64,000 nucleotides of DNA from Camelus ferus. Lineage: Eukaryota. How positions within the stretch are numbered: position 1 is the first letter of the stretch; each line of letters starts with the position of its first letter. The translations under genes and the position numbers were made by a program. The DNA is taken from assembly GCF_009834535.1 (NCBI RefSeq), contig NC_045697.1:33296001-33360000 (forward strand). Reading direction: 5' to 3'. Positions 26,295-39,100 of the stretch are shown here, piece by piece. The notes beneath the pieces are model-generated. The model saw only the letters and a list, made by a program, of their open reading frames with translations. It had not been told where the DNA came from and did not search any database.

Positions 26295-27140
26295 CTATTC
26301 ACTTATTCAACAAATATTATGATTATCTACCTTCTAGAAGCAGTACACATACACTTGGGGCTAGAACAACAGACAAGGAGGCATAAATCTTTGACTTTAA
26401 AGCTCTTTGATTCCAATAGGTGAAAGATAGAGTCACCAAAAGAGTACGTTAAAATTATGGCAAATACAGTAATGGGTAATTTTTTCAACAGAGATGTGTG
26501 TGTGTGTAGGGATGATAGTCATGTAAGATTACTATAAAGTATGATTTTCAAGCCGGAACCTGAAGAAAGGAAAATGTGTTCCCAGTAGACTCTACAGCTC
26601 GTAAAAAGGCCCACAGGCTAGAGAAAGTCAAATGCATTAAAGAATAAAAACTGAAACAAGGTCAGGTAATCTACACCACTTCATGCAAGATAGTGATAAA
26701 TTGTCAGAGATGAGGCCAGAAGAGTGAACAGAGGCCAGGGGCTGTAGAAACTACCACCTTAAGTGCTCTGGGCTTGATCCTGGAAGTAGTGTATGGTCAT
26801 AAAGAGAGTTCATCCGGGCAGTAGCAAGCAAATTTACACCAGAAAACAGCAGCAGGAGGAGAGAGAATCTACAGATAGGTTACTATTTGAGGCTATGGAA
26901 CTGAATGAAATTCTTCTGGGAAAATCATGAAAGTGAAAAGCAAAAAGAGTTCAAAGGACGGAATCTTGGAGAGCGCCTACATTCGGGAAGGGAGAAAATA
27001 AAACAAAACCAAAGAATGAAGACGGAGGGCGGAGAGACCAAGGATCAGGAAAGAGGAGTGAGTTTCAAAAGGAGGTAGATCTATAATATCAGAAAGAGCA
27101 GAGAAGTCAAACAGGGAGAGTTCTGAAGAGATGTGGCCAA
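26295..27140 (-). mobile_element. L2 fragments
   Basis: tattcacttattcaacaaatatta tail followed by purine-rich L2 body. Confidence 0.55.
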
Positions 27141-28047
27141 TTACATCCTATAGAGAGAGACAATGTCCAGCGATGTGTAGAATGCTGGCAAATACACCTT
27201 GGCACATTTATCGCTACCTCACTTGTACCTATGACTTCCTAATGAACCAGGCTCAGCTTTAAGAGAAGTTCTTTACTGGCATTTTCATGCAATAGAAGTA
27301 CCTAGTTTTGTACGAATTCCTAACTGCTCGGAGTTGGAAGACCAAACAGCCTTTGTACCCTTCTCAGATGGCCACACTTCGGAGGGTGAGCAGCCTTATT
27401 CTGCTAACTTGTATTCAGCCCATGCTTGTCTGTTTCTCTACAATGAAGGAAAAATTGGTTTTAGATTTCTGTTCCAAGAAACTTATTTTCTACTCTATTT
27501 GCCTTGAAACAAGACACAAAAAGATGGCAGAAATTTTAGATGGAAGAGGCATTGCAGATCATTAGCTAGAGTTGCTTCAACTTCATGTTTTGGAAACTGA
27601 GGCATGGAGATAATCATTGGCCTTTTATAGACGGAAAGGGGATTTCCATATAGAAACTAGTGTATTTACGCCCTTGTAGACTGCTTTGCCAAAACAGCCT
27701 CTTCTGATCGAAGCAAAGTCCCTTTTGTCTTCTAGTGTGTTTAAAATTAAAATACAATCAATTCTTTAAGAACTTGGATCCTCCAGGTTTATAATCTGGT
27801 CTCTATCAAGTATTCTAATACAAACCATGTATAATATTTTTTAAAGGAAATCACACATTTCATCTGTCCAAAAATAAAATTTTGGAGCAACTTAAACAGA
27901 ATATAAAATAATTTAAAGAGAGAGCTCTATTATTTTTTTACCTTCAAGATTACACATTTGGTAAAATTTTATTTACCACAGTAATATACTCAGAATTAAA
28001 TTAGTTTTTTATAATGAATTATTTATACTAGATTAGTTCACAAGCTT

Positions 28048-28141
28048 GACGTCACCCACCCAAGTACTAACCAGGCCCGACCCTGCTTAGTTTCCGAGAT
28101 CAGACAAGATCGGGAGTGTTCAGGGTAGTATGGCCATAGAT
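28048..28141 (-). pseudogene. 3'-truncated (tailless) 5S rRNA retropseudogene
   Basis: revcomp ATCTATGGCCATACTACCCTGAACACTCCCGATCTTGTCTGATCTCGGAAACTAAGCAGGGTCGGGCCTGGTTAGTACTTGGGTGGGTGACGTC corresponds to 5S nt ~1-94; TSD ACAAGCTT at 28040-28047 and 28142-28149; no poly(A). Confidence 0.97.
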
Positions 28142-28649
28142 ACAAGCTTCATGTCAGTATTTTCCCCAAGACTAGCTAATTGCAATGTCCAATGCATTTT
28201 TTGAAGCAGAGTTCAAATGCCACCATGCATTTACCACAAATTAGTTTTAATTTGTTAACTATAGCTATAGATAGGGATATGACCTTATTTACATAGAATG
28301 TGACAGAATTAGAGTGTACTGATAACTGAGTAGAGAAATTGAATTTAACATTACAAATCATATCCACAGACTTTAATGGTCAACCTAATATTTACTTGCA
28401 ATTTTATAAAAGCATTATCATAAGGAATGACTTTATCTGTGATTGTACTCTGAAAAATATAAGGTTTATCACTGCAACCTTTAGAAACATAAATTATGAA
28501 TTCCTAATTGTCAGAGTAAAACATGACAGTAATAATAGTAATAGTAATAATAATAATGAGTACTTAAAGGGCCTCTTCTCTTCATTGCACTGTATGCTTC
28601 ATGAATGCCCCCTGAGGTTGTATAATGCGGCAGTCTTAGCTGAGAACTT

Positions 28650-28818
28650 CCTTGCTACTCAAACTGAGGCCCAAGGACCAGCAGCATTGGCATCACCCAG
28701 GTCCTATTAGAAATTCAGCATCTTGAGCTTCATGGAGATACACTGAATCAAAATCTACATTTTGACAATCACCATCCAGGTTATTCATACACAAATTAAA
28801 GTTTTAAGTGCCTTAACT
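28650..28818. mobile_element. MER5A-like hAT-Charlie element within a MIR
   Basis: ggaccagcagcattggcatcacccagg...actgaatcaaaatctacattttgacaa. Confidence 0.75.
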
Positions 28819-28897
28819 ATATCAACTCATTATTGGAATTAATATTTTCCATTTTACAGAGTAGGAAATTGAGGCACAAAATGATTAAGCAACTTTT

Positions 28898-29061
28898 TAA
28901 AAATATTTTTTTAATTTTTAATTTTATTTATTTAATTTTTAGGGGGAGAGGTAGTTAGGTTTACTTACTTATTTATTTTTAGAGGAGGTACTGGGGATTG
29001 AACACAGGACCTTGTGTATGCTAAGCATGAGCTCTACCACTTAAGCTATACCCTACCCCTC
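28898..29061 (-). mobile_element. vic-1-type camelid tRNA-Ala-derived SINE (long form)
   Basis: revcomp ggggtagggtatagcttaagtggtagagctcatgcttagcat...gttcaatccccagtacc (A/B boxes) plus 3' domain and AT tail; 18-bp TSD aatgattaagcaactttt at 28880-28897 and 29062-29079. Confidence 0.9.
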
Positions 29062-29094
29062 AATGATTAAGCAACTTTTATTAGCATTAGTAAA

Positions 29095-29597
29095 TGTGGT
29101 AGGCATTGCCAGTGGCTTACTGAATATCCAATACATCTTCCTTCTCTGTAATAAATCTCCAATTTTATTCAGAGCAGAATTGTGCCCACCCCCAGGTAGA
29201 GTACTCATTTTTCCAGATGCTCTCCTGGCTTGAAATAGCTATGATATAAATATGGACACTGGCTGCAAGTGGTGGGAAGGTTTAATTTTCTGATGAAGGG
29301 AACTCCAGGAGCTGGCACAGTCCCTGCCAATTTATTCCAGCCTTAACGATGGATATGATAGCTGGAGCTGCAGCAGCCATCTTGGGATCACAAGCTAACA
29401 GCATAAGGACTGAAGTCAACGTTTAGGAAGAAGTGGAAGAATAAAACAGAGTCTGGGTTCTTGATGATGTTCTTGATGTCATCAAGTACTAGGAGCCACC
29501 TCCCTTTAGACTTCTAGTTTGTGAGAAAAACTGATATCCATTGGAGCCACTGCCGATAGACATTTCAGTTACTTTCAAACACATCCTTAACTGATAA
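29095..29597 (+). mobile_element. MLT1 (MLT1J/K-like) LTR
   Basis: tgtggtaggca...gctggagctgcagcagccatcttg...catccttaactgata. Confidence 0.75.
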
Positions 29598-29878
29598 AGG
29601 CTCCCATGATATTCTTCTTTCACTTATGTCTTATTCTTTTATTCCAACATTACAGAGCTAGGTTTCCTTTGTTCTGAGTGGCATTAAATTTACACTATAA
29701 AAAGCCCCTTGGGGTATTATATCTTCTGCTAATGTCTTCAGACGGAAGTATGTGAAGTGTCACACCACCCTCTCTGAGTGGATGGGGGAAAATTAGAGCA
29801 ATGGCAGGCCACAAAACTTCCCCAAAGCGAAAGGATCTGATGAAGAGTCACTTTCCACTGACTTTCACATCCACTCAC

Positions 29879-30018
29879 TTCAACATGCTCCTGAACACTT
29901 GCCGCATCTGTGAGAGGTTTTGCTTAACCTCTCGGCTGGTCCGAAGCAGCAGCAACGGCAGCAGAAACTGCAGCTGCGCCCACAACTGGTAGCAGTCCGC
30001 TGTGTGAGGGTGACATGC
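29879..30018 (-). other. candidate non-coding (5'UTR) internal exon, 140 nt
   Basis: acceptor tttgttatttttggtgacggattctcatacag|G; donor GAA|GTGAGT; locally GC-rich, retains CpGs, not a recognised repeat. Confidence 0.35.
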
Positions 30019-30530
30019 CTGTATGAGAATCCGTCACCAAAAATAACAAAGACTAAATTGGCTGACAAAGGCAGGCGACATCAGTGTAACAAGTAGAACT
30101 GCATCTCCACCTAAACATCTCCATCCTGAGTCAGCAGCTCGGCCCCATGGGACTTCTCATCAGCCCCAAATTTCACAGATGATAACATAAACCCTCAGTG
30201 ACCATCCCTGAGCTAATACTATGAGTCAGACCATCAGTTTGGTGGCAGACGAAAACACCCCCAAGAGTGTGCAGATTATCTGGGAAGCTTGAAAGAATGA
30301 AAGTTGAAAGGAATTCTTCTGCTACAGCAACATTCTCCTCACTGCTTCATCCATCTGGTGTTCTCCTGTAAGAATTCAGGCCCTATGATTCTGATTGATA
30401 TGTTTTAAGAATAGCAAATCGATTTTTGATATTTAACCTACTTTAAATGCCAACATACTATAATATAAGCACCACTGATCATGTGTCTCTACGTGTAGTT
30501 TTCTTTCTTTTTAAAGAGAAAAGTGCTTTA

Positions 30531-30817
30531 TTTTTTAATGTTTTTCTTTTCTAATATTCCTATTTTTATTGAAGTGTAGTTGATTTACAATGTTAGTTTC
30601 AGGTGTACAGCAGAGCAATTCAGTTATGCATACACATATATACATATATATTTTTTCAGTTTCTTTTCCATTATGGCTCATTACAAGAAATTGATATAGT
30701 TCCTTGTGCTGTACAGTAGGTCTTGTTATTTATCTCTTTTATATATAGTAGTGCATATCTGTTAATCCCAAACTCCTAATCTTATCCTTCCTCCCCTCAT
30801 TCCCCTCTGGTAACCAT
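30531..30817 (-). mobile_element. L1 3'UTR fragment
   Basis: T-rich tail, then attgaagtgtagttgatttacaatg...cccctctggtaaccata. Confidence 0.88.
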
Positions 30818-31638
30818 ATTTCTTGACAGTCTTCATTGATCCTATAATTCTATGATCATTACTAAGGCAAAAGCTACTCAAAATGATAAAAGGATGCTCT
30901 CAGTTTTAGTTTGGAGGGACTAAAGGGACTTTGCTCTCTTACTAATGCTCTACTGACAACTTCCATTAAAATGGCTCTACATTTACCCCCATTCCATTAT
31001 AACATTTTTACCACCTAAACCCACTCCATTTACTCTTAAGATTCTAGAGTTTCTCTTCCTCTAGTAGCTGTTGGATGAGTCCTCTGCTATTCTTCAAAAC
31101 ACAGTCATCAGCTTCACATTTTTTGCTTCAATGATTATCCTTTCACATGCCCTAAATAACTGATTAAATCTACCCCCTGCCCCCAGTCGCCTCTACTCGA
31201 CCTGAACACCAGCCTTGCAATCCCATTTTCTTTTAATTAAGACTTCCTCTCTTGGTATTTAAAATTCTAATCTTTCTTGTAAACCTGGCTGGCATTTTAG
31301 CCCACTATTTCTTTTCTTGAAAATTGGAGAGTTTCTCTATGTAATCATTATAACAAAAATGAATTTGTCCCATTTACCCTAATTCTCTGACTATGGTTGA
31401 TTTGCTTAATTCTCTAGTAAAGGCTTCTAAAAAATTCATATAATGGAAAAAATGTGGACCCTCCAACCCAAATATCTGAGCAGTAACTCAGTATTTTTGC
31501 TTCAAAATCTAACATCATCTCAGGAGTAAACTGGAAGCCTCTCATTTCTTTCTAAAACATCCCATGATGTTTGTCTTCCTCCTCCAAACTACCCCTCTGA
31601 TTTAAGTCTGGAGCTCTCTTCTGTCCTGAAAAATTTTT

Positions 31639-31662
31639 CACACACACACACACACACACACA
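31639..31662. repeat. (CA)n microsatellite
   Basis: directly visible. Confidence 0.9.
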
Positions 31663-33712
31663 ATTCTAAAAGCACCCAATACTTTTACATTCTTAATGGA
31701 AGTCAAATGCCTTTCCAATACTTACTAAGACACTTAGGTATCACTACAAAACATAATCTAGACAATAGTTTTGGGAATGCTCTTGGGCGGAATTAATAAT
31801 TTTTTATCCTTTCTTCAACCTTCCTTCAATTTGTGACCTAACTCTACTCCTCTACTCAAGAGACAAAAATCCAATTGTACCACTTACAATATCACATGCC
31901 TAAAATAGTCATAAAATTTATTAGACTTTACTGACCATCTCCGCAAAATAGTTGAAAATGGCAGTATCTGCTTCTGGACACATATTTTCTGTGGATACTA
32001 TTCAAGAAGAAGGGAAACCTTCCTTTTCCTTTTATTACGTTTTAAGTCAACTTAGTAATATCCTAACCGAACCTACCCTCTAAGAATACTGAAATACTTT
32101 TATACAGAAAGAATAATGCCACACATGCTACTGGAACAATCTTTGTGCTACGTTTTGCATTTAATCCCCTAATAAGGAACTAACAACCTGAATGTCAACA
32201 AAGATATTCATAAAAGGAATGTTCTTATAACAGAGTACTATGTTTTTGAACTTTACGTGAAACTATTTCTGTTTCTAATCATGCGTATTTTAAATATTTA
32301 AATAAACAAGAAATGTAAGAAGATTAAACAAAAATTGGTAGTACTTGATTCATATTAAATTAAGATGGAGATGGAATCATACTTCCCTACATGCTAGTTT
32401 TTCAGCTTGTAATTTGATGTATAAAGGCATCAAAACTACCACCTAATGTAAGTTACTTAAAATGCAAAAACCCATGGAGACTTTGAAGGGATCTCTATGC
32501 ATCTTACAAGTTGATATCCCTAATTTGGTAAACTACTATATAAAAGCTCTTTAAATTTCAACATTAATTTCATTGTTATGATACCTTATTCATAAGTGAT
32601 AAGATCTGTACCTTGAGGAATGATGGTATTTCAAGAGAAAAACAAGTTTTCAGAATTCTGTGTTGGGTCAGGAACATCCAAAATTCACAAGAAATAAACT
32701 AAATACTCATAATACTACAACTCATATGTCTTTTTCTTTTTATTTCACAGGGCCTGTCTAGTTACTTTTTAACTCATCTGTAGCTCAAAAAAAATTAAGA
32801 TAAGGCAGAAAATAAGTCTTCCTTAGAAAGAGAACTGAGGAGCATCCAGAAGTTTCCACTGGAATTAACACGTACCCTACTACCTCTAGGACTGCCACCC
32901 TTACCATAAACCCCCTCACAATCCTGCAACAGACACAGAATGGCATGCTTGCTGGATGTTACACTCTTCTGTAGATATTACAACTCTCAGCCTGACAGTA
33001 AATATATAAGAACCAACCCTTCCCCTTATGGGAAAAGACTCACAGTTCAAAAAAGAAAAGCACAGTATAATTATACAATATTTTTAATTAAGGAAAGAGT
33101 AAAGAAACAGATGTTAGGATACTCAAAAAGCGGAAAGAGCCAAAATATGGTGCAATATGAATTTCTAAAGACCTGGTCCTGTTCATTATTCCAGCATTTC
33201 CAGGACCCGGCAAATCCTTGGCCCTTGGTAAGAAACACCTGAATGAATGAGCTACGCTTATAGATACAGAACTTGGCTAACTCCAGTTGTATGGTACAAG
33301 TAAAGGTGGTTTCTTATTCCTCTAAACTTCAATAGCATGTTTTTGGAATGGAACATGTGTTGTGCTGTTTCAAGTTACTGTGAGAATCACACTGTAACTC
33401 TCTTATCTGCCTTCCAAGGAACTTCAGCCCCTGGAGACCAACACTACCCCGTGTACATCTTTATATCCTGCCAAGTGTCTGGCACATCATAAGCCTTCAA
33501 CATATGTGTGTTAGGGAACAGATACTAGAATAATTTCATTTGACTCTTTTCATGTTAACATATTGAAAAGTAATGACTTGCAGAGGCAATGAGGGGCCTT
33601 GGCCACTACCAGTATAGATTTCTGCAATATGACTGGGCTGCAGCAATCAAAAAAATAACACTAACACAAATGGATGCCTATGGTCCAATTTATCCACTGC
33701 TTATTAAGGGAT

Positions 33713-33874
33713 GAAAGAAAGAAAAAGAAAAAAAGAGAAAGAGAAAGAGAAAACGAAAAAGAAAAAGAAAAAGAAAATGAAAATGAAAAAGAAAAAGGAA
33801 AAGGAAAAGAAAAAGGAAAAGGAAAAGGAAAAGGAAAAGAAAAAGAAAAAGAAAAAGAAAAAGAAAAAGAAAAA
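33713..33874. repeat. homopurine (GAAAAA/GGAAAA)n tract
   Basis: 162 bp with only 3 pyrimidines. Confidence 0.95.
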
Positions 33875-35799
33875 CCCTTGCTTGCACCTGAGCTTAAAAG
33901 CTAGAGAGGAAACAACACGGTGAGTGAGGAATGCTTGTGCTTAAAAGAGCAAAAATAATAATTCCTCAAAATTAGGACTGTGAACAATGCCTTTCTAGCA
34001 GCAATGGTTGAGAGAAGCAGCAGCTATTAATCCAAAATGTTTTAAGGTGAAAACAAAGCCTTAGCGTCAGTTGATTAAAACGTGGGTAGTATTCTCTGGA
34101 TCACGCACTTTGGTGATGCCCCCTTGAATTTTGAGAGAGATGCTGTTTGGGAAGAAAGCGCCACCACCCAATCTAGTGTATACCATTACTGCCATGTACG
34201 CATTGAGTCTGTATTTCCTATAAAATTACCACAAGATATATATGTGTGTGTGTATGTATATATATACACATATGTATAATTAAAACAACAAACTGAGAAA
34301 GAATTCTACAACACTTCACTCTAACCATTTCTGAAGAAGCCCATCTTAGCACATTCCCTGACAAGGAGGGGACAAGCAACACAGATTTGTAGTGAGGATG
34401 TACAGAAAGTGTTTCTTCATCTGCTTCAAAATATCAAAAAGAATCCAAAAGTCTGCACCTAACATTAGCGCGTTTCTAGTTTAAGCCAGAATGCACCGTG
34501 AAAGAGCAAACTAGTTCCATGTCACGGGGAGGATACCAAGTCAGGCCCCAGACACTTCTGAAGGAACTGATTTTGAAAGTCATGCCCAGAGTTCCCAGCC
34601 TCCCAAAGAGCATTCTGCTTCAGGCACCTAGTACCTTTCTGCTTTCTCTGTTCTGTGCCTCTCACAAAATCATTTTAAATAAAGAGGAAATGAAAAATAA
34701 CTTGATATTGATCATTTATACCTTTACCAAAAGCTATTTACACACTCATGTGAGATCACCCCAGCTTATCTTCATTTTCTCACTCATGAAAAATCAAATG
34801 CGGTGTTTCCTGTGACCTTTTGGCAAACTCAAGTGGGTGGAGAAGATGTGGTGCAGAGTGAAAAAGGCTCTGAAATCTTCTCATGCCTAAAGTTTATCCT
34901 GAAGGTTAGGGATAACTGAGGGCACTTGAGGGGACCTCAGAAGGCTGAGTCAAAAGGGAATGGAGACTGCATTGTCCACGGCTCATGCCTCTTCCAGGAG
35001 CACCAGCCCCAGTCACAGCTGCTGAACAAGGGGGAGAAGGCTGAACATCACCATGTCTAAGCGGAGGCTCAACACCTGAAGTTTACCCTGCCTGCATCTG
35101 AGACTAGAACTTCTTAAGGGCTCAGTCGCTTCCTTTCTGCTCAGCTTGCAAATCACCTGTCCTTTCCCCACCCTTCAGTTCTATAAAGAGATTTCAGATC
35201 ACTCTCAGTGTGAGCTCCTTGCCGATGCCTCTGCCGCCCCCTCACCTCATAGGATGCAGTCGAGCACCAGGCGTGCACTCTGTAACTACAAGACCCATAG
35301 CTTTTGCCTTTCAAGTTCCTGGCACATCCCAGGTTAGGACAGTGGACAAGCGTTCAGTCTTATGTCCCTGAAATCATCCTCTACACCATATGGTGAGGTT
35401 TTCATTCTGTAAATATAACTTTGCTCTTATAGGCAAATTCATGATCATGAATTGATGATGCCAAATTGTTATATGTCTCAATGATAATTATAAAGAACAA
35501 TAAATACAACTTATTTCTTTTGTGATTGGCTTTGTTTTCACACATTCAGCACATACACAAAGGTGTGTTACAAAATGAAATCAATAGCATAAGAAACACA
35601 CAAATATATCCTTTCTTTAAAAATAGATGATTTGTGCCACAATTTATCCTTTTTTTAGAAGTCACAGCTTTTATAAATGAAGGGAAACACAGAGATGGCC
35701 TCTATTGCTTTCATAGTAGGATAATATCTACAAGTATTGCGTTCCTACTCTGTCTGCCAGTCACTCCAAAGGATTTAGAAGCTAAAAAAATAAATAAAT

Positions 35800-35985
35800 T
35801 AAATTAAATCCTTAACAAACCAATAGGTCACATACTTTTACTTCCCCCATTTTACAAATGAAGAAACCAAAGCAAGAAGAGGTTGAGTAACATGCTAAAA
35901 GTTTTGGAGTCAATGTATCGCAGCAACAGAATTCAAATCCAAAGATGTTGGTGTTCCAAGGCACTGATCTTAACCATTCATTACT
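35800..35985 (-). mobile_element. MIR SINE
   Basis: ccccattttacaaatgaagaaacc...gaggttgagtaac. Confidence 0.7.
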
Positions 35986-37249
35986 TTCTAAAATAATGCA
36001 ATGCTATCCTGAGGTCAGATGTACTCAGGTTCTGGGAGAGGTCAGATTTTTTTGTATTGATTTTTACCCACTGAATAGCCTATATTTTGTTGTTTATAAA
36101 TTTGAGACTAGGAAAATTCATAGAAGCATGTTATCATCTATCTCTTTATAGCCTGAGGGGAAATATCTAAGAGTGAATTTGGAAACTGACCTTCAGACCC
36201 TAAGTCTATAATCTGACATCATGTTTTTCATGGGCTTTAAGAAGAAAGCTTCTTCAAGTTTTCAGAGTACAAAACAAGAGCACTGGGGGGAAAATTCTAT
36301 CTAGACAAGCTCATTGAAACAGCTTTTCAAAATGCAGTTAAGCATGGTACTCAATCTAGATTTTCCAGACTGAATCTATAATTTAGATACCAAGCCTTGT
36401 CATTTCTAATAGTTGTCACTGTTGAGCATCGTGGATGTTAGCTGTCATAAATATATGAGGCCTGTCTCCACACTCATTTTTTTCAATGACCCCATAAAAC
36501 TGGTCCAGAAAACAAAGGTTGCTCCTTTTATTCAGTTAACAATTTGAAAGCCTCTTATGGAATGTGAAAATCCATAGGTGGGACCCAAGCTGTTAGCTCC
36601 AATGACTAAAATGAAAACAAAAGGGAAAAACTGATTCAGTTATTAGTTCTAACTAATCTGCATGTATGGTCTTGGTAGATAAGATATCAAAGTAAATTCA
36701 TCTCAGGTTTCCAGACTTACAAAGAAATAAACCAACCAAATGCACAAGACCTACCAATGTTTTCTTGGCATGTTTTCAAGGATACTACCTTCTAAGAGGA
36801 TGTTCTCCTTAAAGAACTCTCCTCTGCTGTTTCTAACAATACTAACATCTATCCATTATATGTCACATTATGCTTTCTTAAAAATTTTAATTTACTTGAG
36901 CCACACGATATCCTTGAGAGATAAACAGAGTAAGTAGAATCTCTCCTCCGATTTCACAGATGAGTAAATTAAGTCGCAGGCAGGATTAATGAATCACCCA
37001 AAATCACAGTTAGTTCAGGGCAGAATCACAGCTGACGTAAGTCAAGAGTTTGAATAATTGGTGTAATAGTTGTTTTCCATTCAGTGAAAAGTCAGCTTAA
37101 AATATGCTGATGCTAAGAGTGAAAGGCCAGTATGATAATTAAATGATAATTGCTTTGATGATTTTAAGGATAAGGTAAGTTCTCTAGTTGAGTCTTTTCA
37201 TCATGGTAGCATATTAAGAAAACAAAATGATGTATAATCTTTTATATGT

Positions 37250-37410
37250 GTTGTATAGCACAGGGAACTATATTCAATATCTTGTAGTAACTTATAATGA
37301 AAATGAATATCTGTATGTTCGTGTATGACTGAAGCATTATGCTGTACACCAGAATGGCACGGCATTGTAAACTGACTATATTTCAATAAAAATATATATA
37401 CAAAAAAATT
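37250..37410 (+). mobile_element. L1 3'UTR fragment
   Basis: tgtatagcacagggaactatattcaatatcttgtagtaac...ttcaataaaa plus A-rich tail. Confidence 0.88.
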
Positions 37411-37654
37411 AAGAAACAACAAAATAAAAAGCAATATTTAAAAAAAATTAAACATAAAATAAAAACCCAAAACACATGCACACATGCACACACATAAGCA
37501 GAATATGCTTCGAGAAAGGAAAGCAGGAGCTGGATGACAGACGTGGTTAGGGGATGTTCACACAGTTGTGCTTTCTTACTGAGACAAACACATATTTGTT
37601 TCCAAAAATAAAATATATTTTATTTTGCAAAAAAAATGAAATAAATGAATAAAG

Positions 37655-38260
37655 TTAAAATTCATTCAAGAAACATTTAATTGCACGCTTACTATGTGCC
37701 AGGCACGGTTCTAGATGCTTGGGAATCAAACAACAAAACATGCAAAAATCCCTGACCTCAATGAGCCTATGTTCTACCAAAGAGACAAAAATAAGCAATT
37801 GATGTACTGATAATAAAACACTATTATCTTGTATACTAAAATATTAAGTGCTAAGAAACAGAAGAAAAACTGGTCATGGGTGTAAGGGGAGAATCAGAAG
37901 TGGGGGTGAGGGAGGGATGAGACTTGCTAACGAGCAGACACCTGCAGTGTTTATTTGACTGGTCAGGGTAGGCCTCACTGAGAAGGTGCAATCAACGAAT
38001 ATCCAGGGAAGGGGGAACAGTCAGGGAAAAAGCTCCAAGGAATATCCTGGTGTGTTAGGAAGGAAGCCAGTGTGACTGCAGCAGGCTTAGCAAGGAGAGT
38101 TGTATGATGTGAAGCCAAAGAAAGGACAGGAAGACAGATCATGCAGGGTCTTGGAAGCCACAGAAAGAAATCTATTTTGTCTTTTGATTGAAGTAGAAAC
38201 CATCGCAGGATTTTGCTCTGTTGAGTAATGTGATCAGACCCATAGTTAAAAGAGGACCCA
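37655..38260 (-). mobile_element. L2 3' region
   Basis: ttcattcaagaaacatttaattgcacgcttactatgtgccaggcac tail and L2 body. Confidence 0.75.
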
Positions 38261-38327
38261 TTGTTCTGTACACCATAAATATATAGACTGCTAAATGTCA
38301 ATTATATCTCAATAAAACTGGAAGAAA
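38261..38327 (+). mobile_element. extremely 5'-truncated L1 tail (~67 bp)
   Basis: tgtcaattatatctcaataaaactggaagaaaaa L1 terminus; TSD aaaagaggaccca (38248-38260) / aaaagagaaccca (38328-38340). Confidence 0.75.
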
Positions 38328-38869
38328 AAAAGAGAACCCACAATCATTAAACACCTAAATCCTATCACTCAATGTAGTGTATAATCTTTGCTGTGTATAT
38401 GAATCCCAATTTTCCCTCCTCCTCTCAGAATAAAATACTAGCGAGCCTATTTTCCCCAAGAAAACTCCAAGGCTCAGCATGTCTAAGTAGTTTGTCTAGG
38501 ATGAGATCTAGTAAGTTGTAGAGCTAGGTGAAAAGAACAATTTTTCTCACTCAATCTAAAACTGATTGCTCTTCCTTATGCACTCATTTATATTAAAGTT
38601 ACAAAGGGAAAAAAAGTAATAATTGAGATTAATTATCCAGATTACCCATCAATAGAGATGTTCAGTTTGATATATTAAAATTGAATCAAACTCAATTTTT
38701 CCCTTATTATTAATTTCTGGGACTTAATGATACAAATAATTTCCTTGAACTTTCTATTTGAAATGACATATGAACATCCAGGCTAAGAATTTTGGACATG
38801 GAAATAATCATAATAATTACAGAAATGTACAAGAGTATATTTATGAAAATTTTCAAGGGCTTCTAGTTA

Positions 38870-39100
38870 TTGTTCTGTATTAATTCTCTACTATATGTCA
38901 CTTTGCTAAATCCTTTGCATATATCAGTTTTTAATACTCATCAAAAACCCTAAGAATAGTAATAGTAATCCCACTTCATAGATGACAAATGTGGCCCCAG
39001 AGAGGCTAAGTATTGTTAAGGTCACAGGACTGCTCAGTACCAAAGCAGGGATTTAAGCTAAATCTCTGCAGTCTAAAGTTAGGTTCTCTCCACTAAGCCA
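38870..39100 (-). mobile_element. MIR SINE
   Basis: aatcccacttcatagatgacaaatgtggccccagagaggctaagt. Confidence 0.7.

Noticed and set aside
28048..28141. Functional 5S rRNA gene
   Set aside because: Truncated at ~nt 94, mutated, TSD-flanked single copy
33674..33923. KE-rich / FL-rich ORFs
   Set aside because: Translations of the homopurine microsatellite
37212..37250. Possible twin-priming 5' inversion and TSD (attaagaaa..caaaat) of the 37250 L1 fragment
   Set aside because: Similarity is short and AT-rich; cannot be distinguished from chance by eye
20890..37410. Short L1-3'UTR copies as a novel SINE family
   Set aside because: Their 5' ends are heterogeneous, and one copy (19349) is contiguous with ORF2, so ordinary 5' truncation explains them
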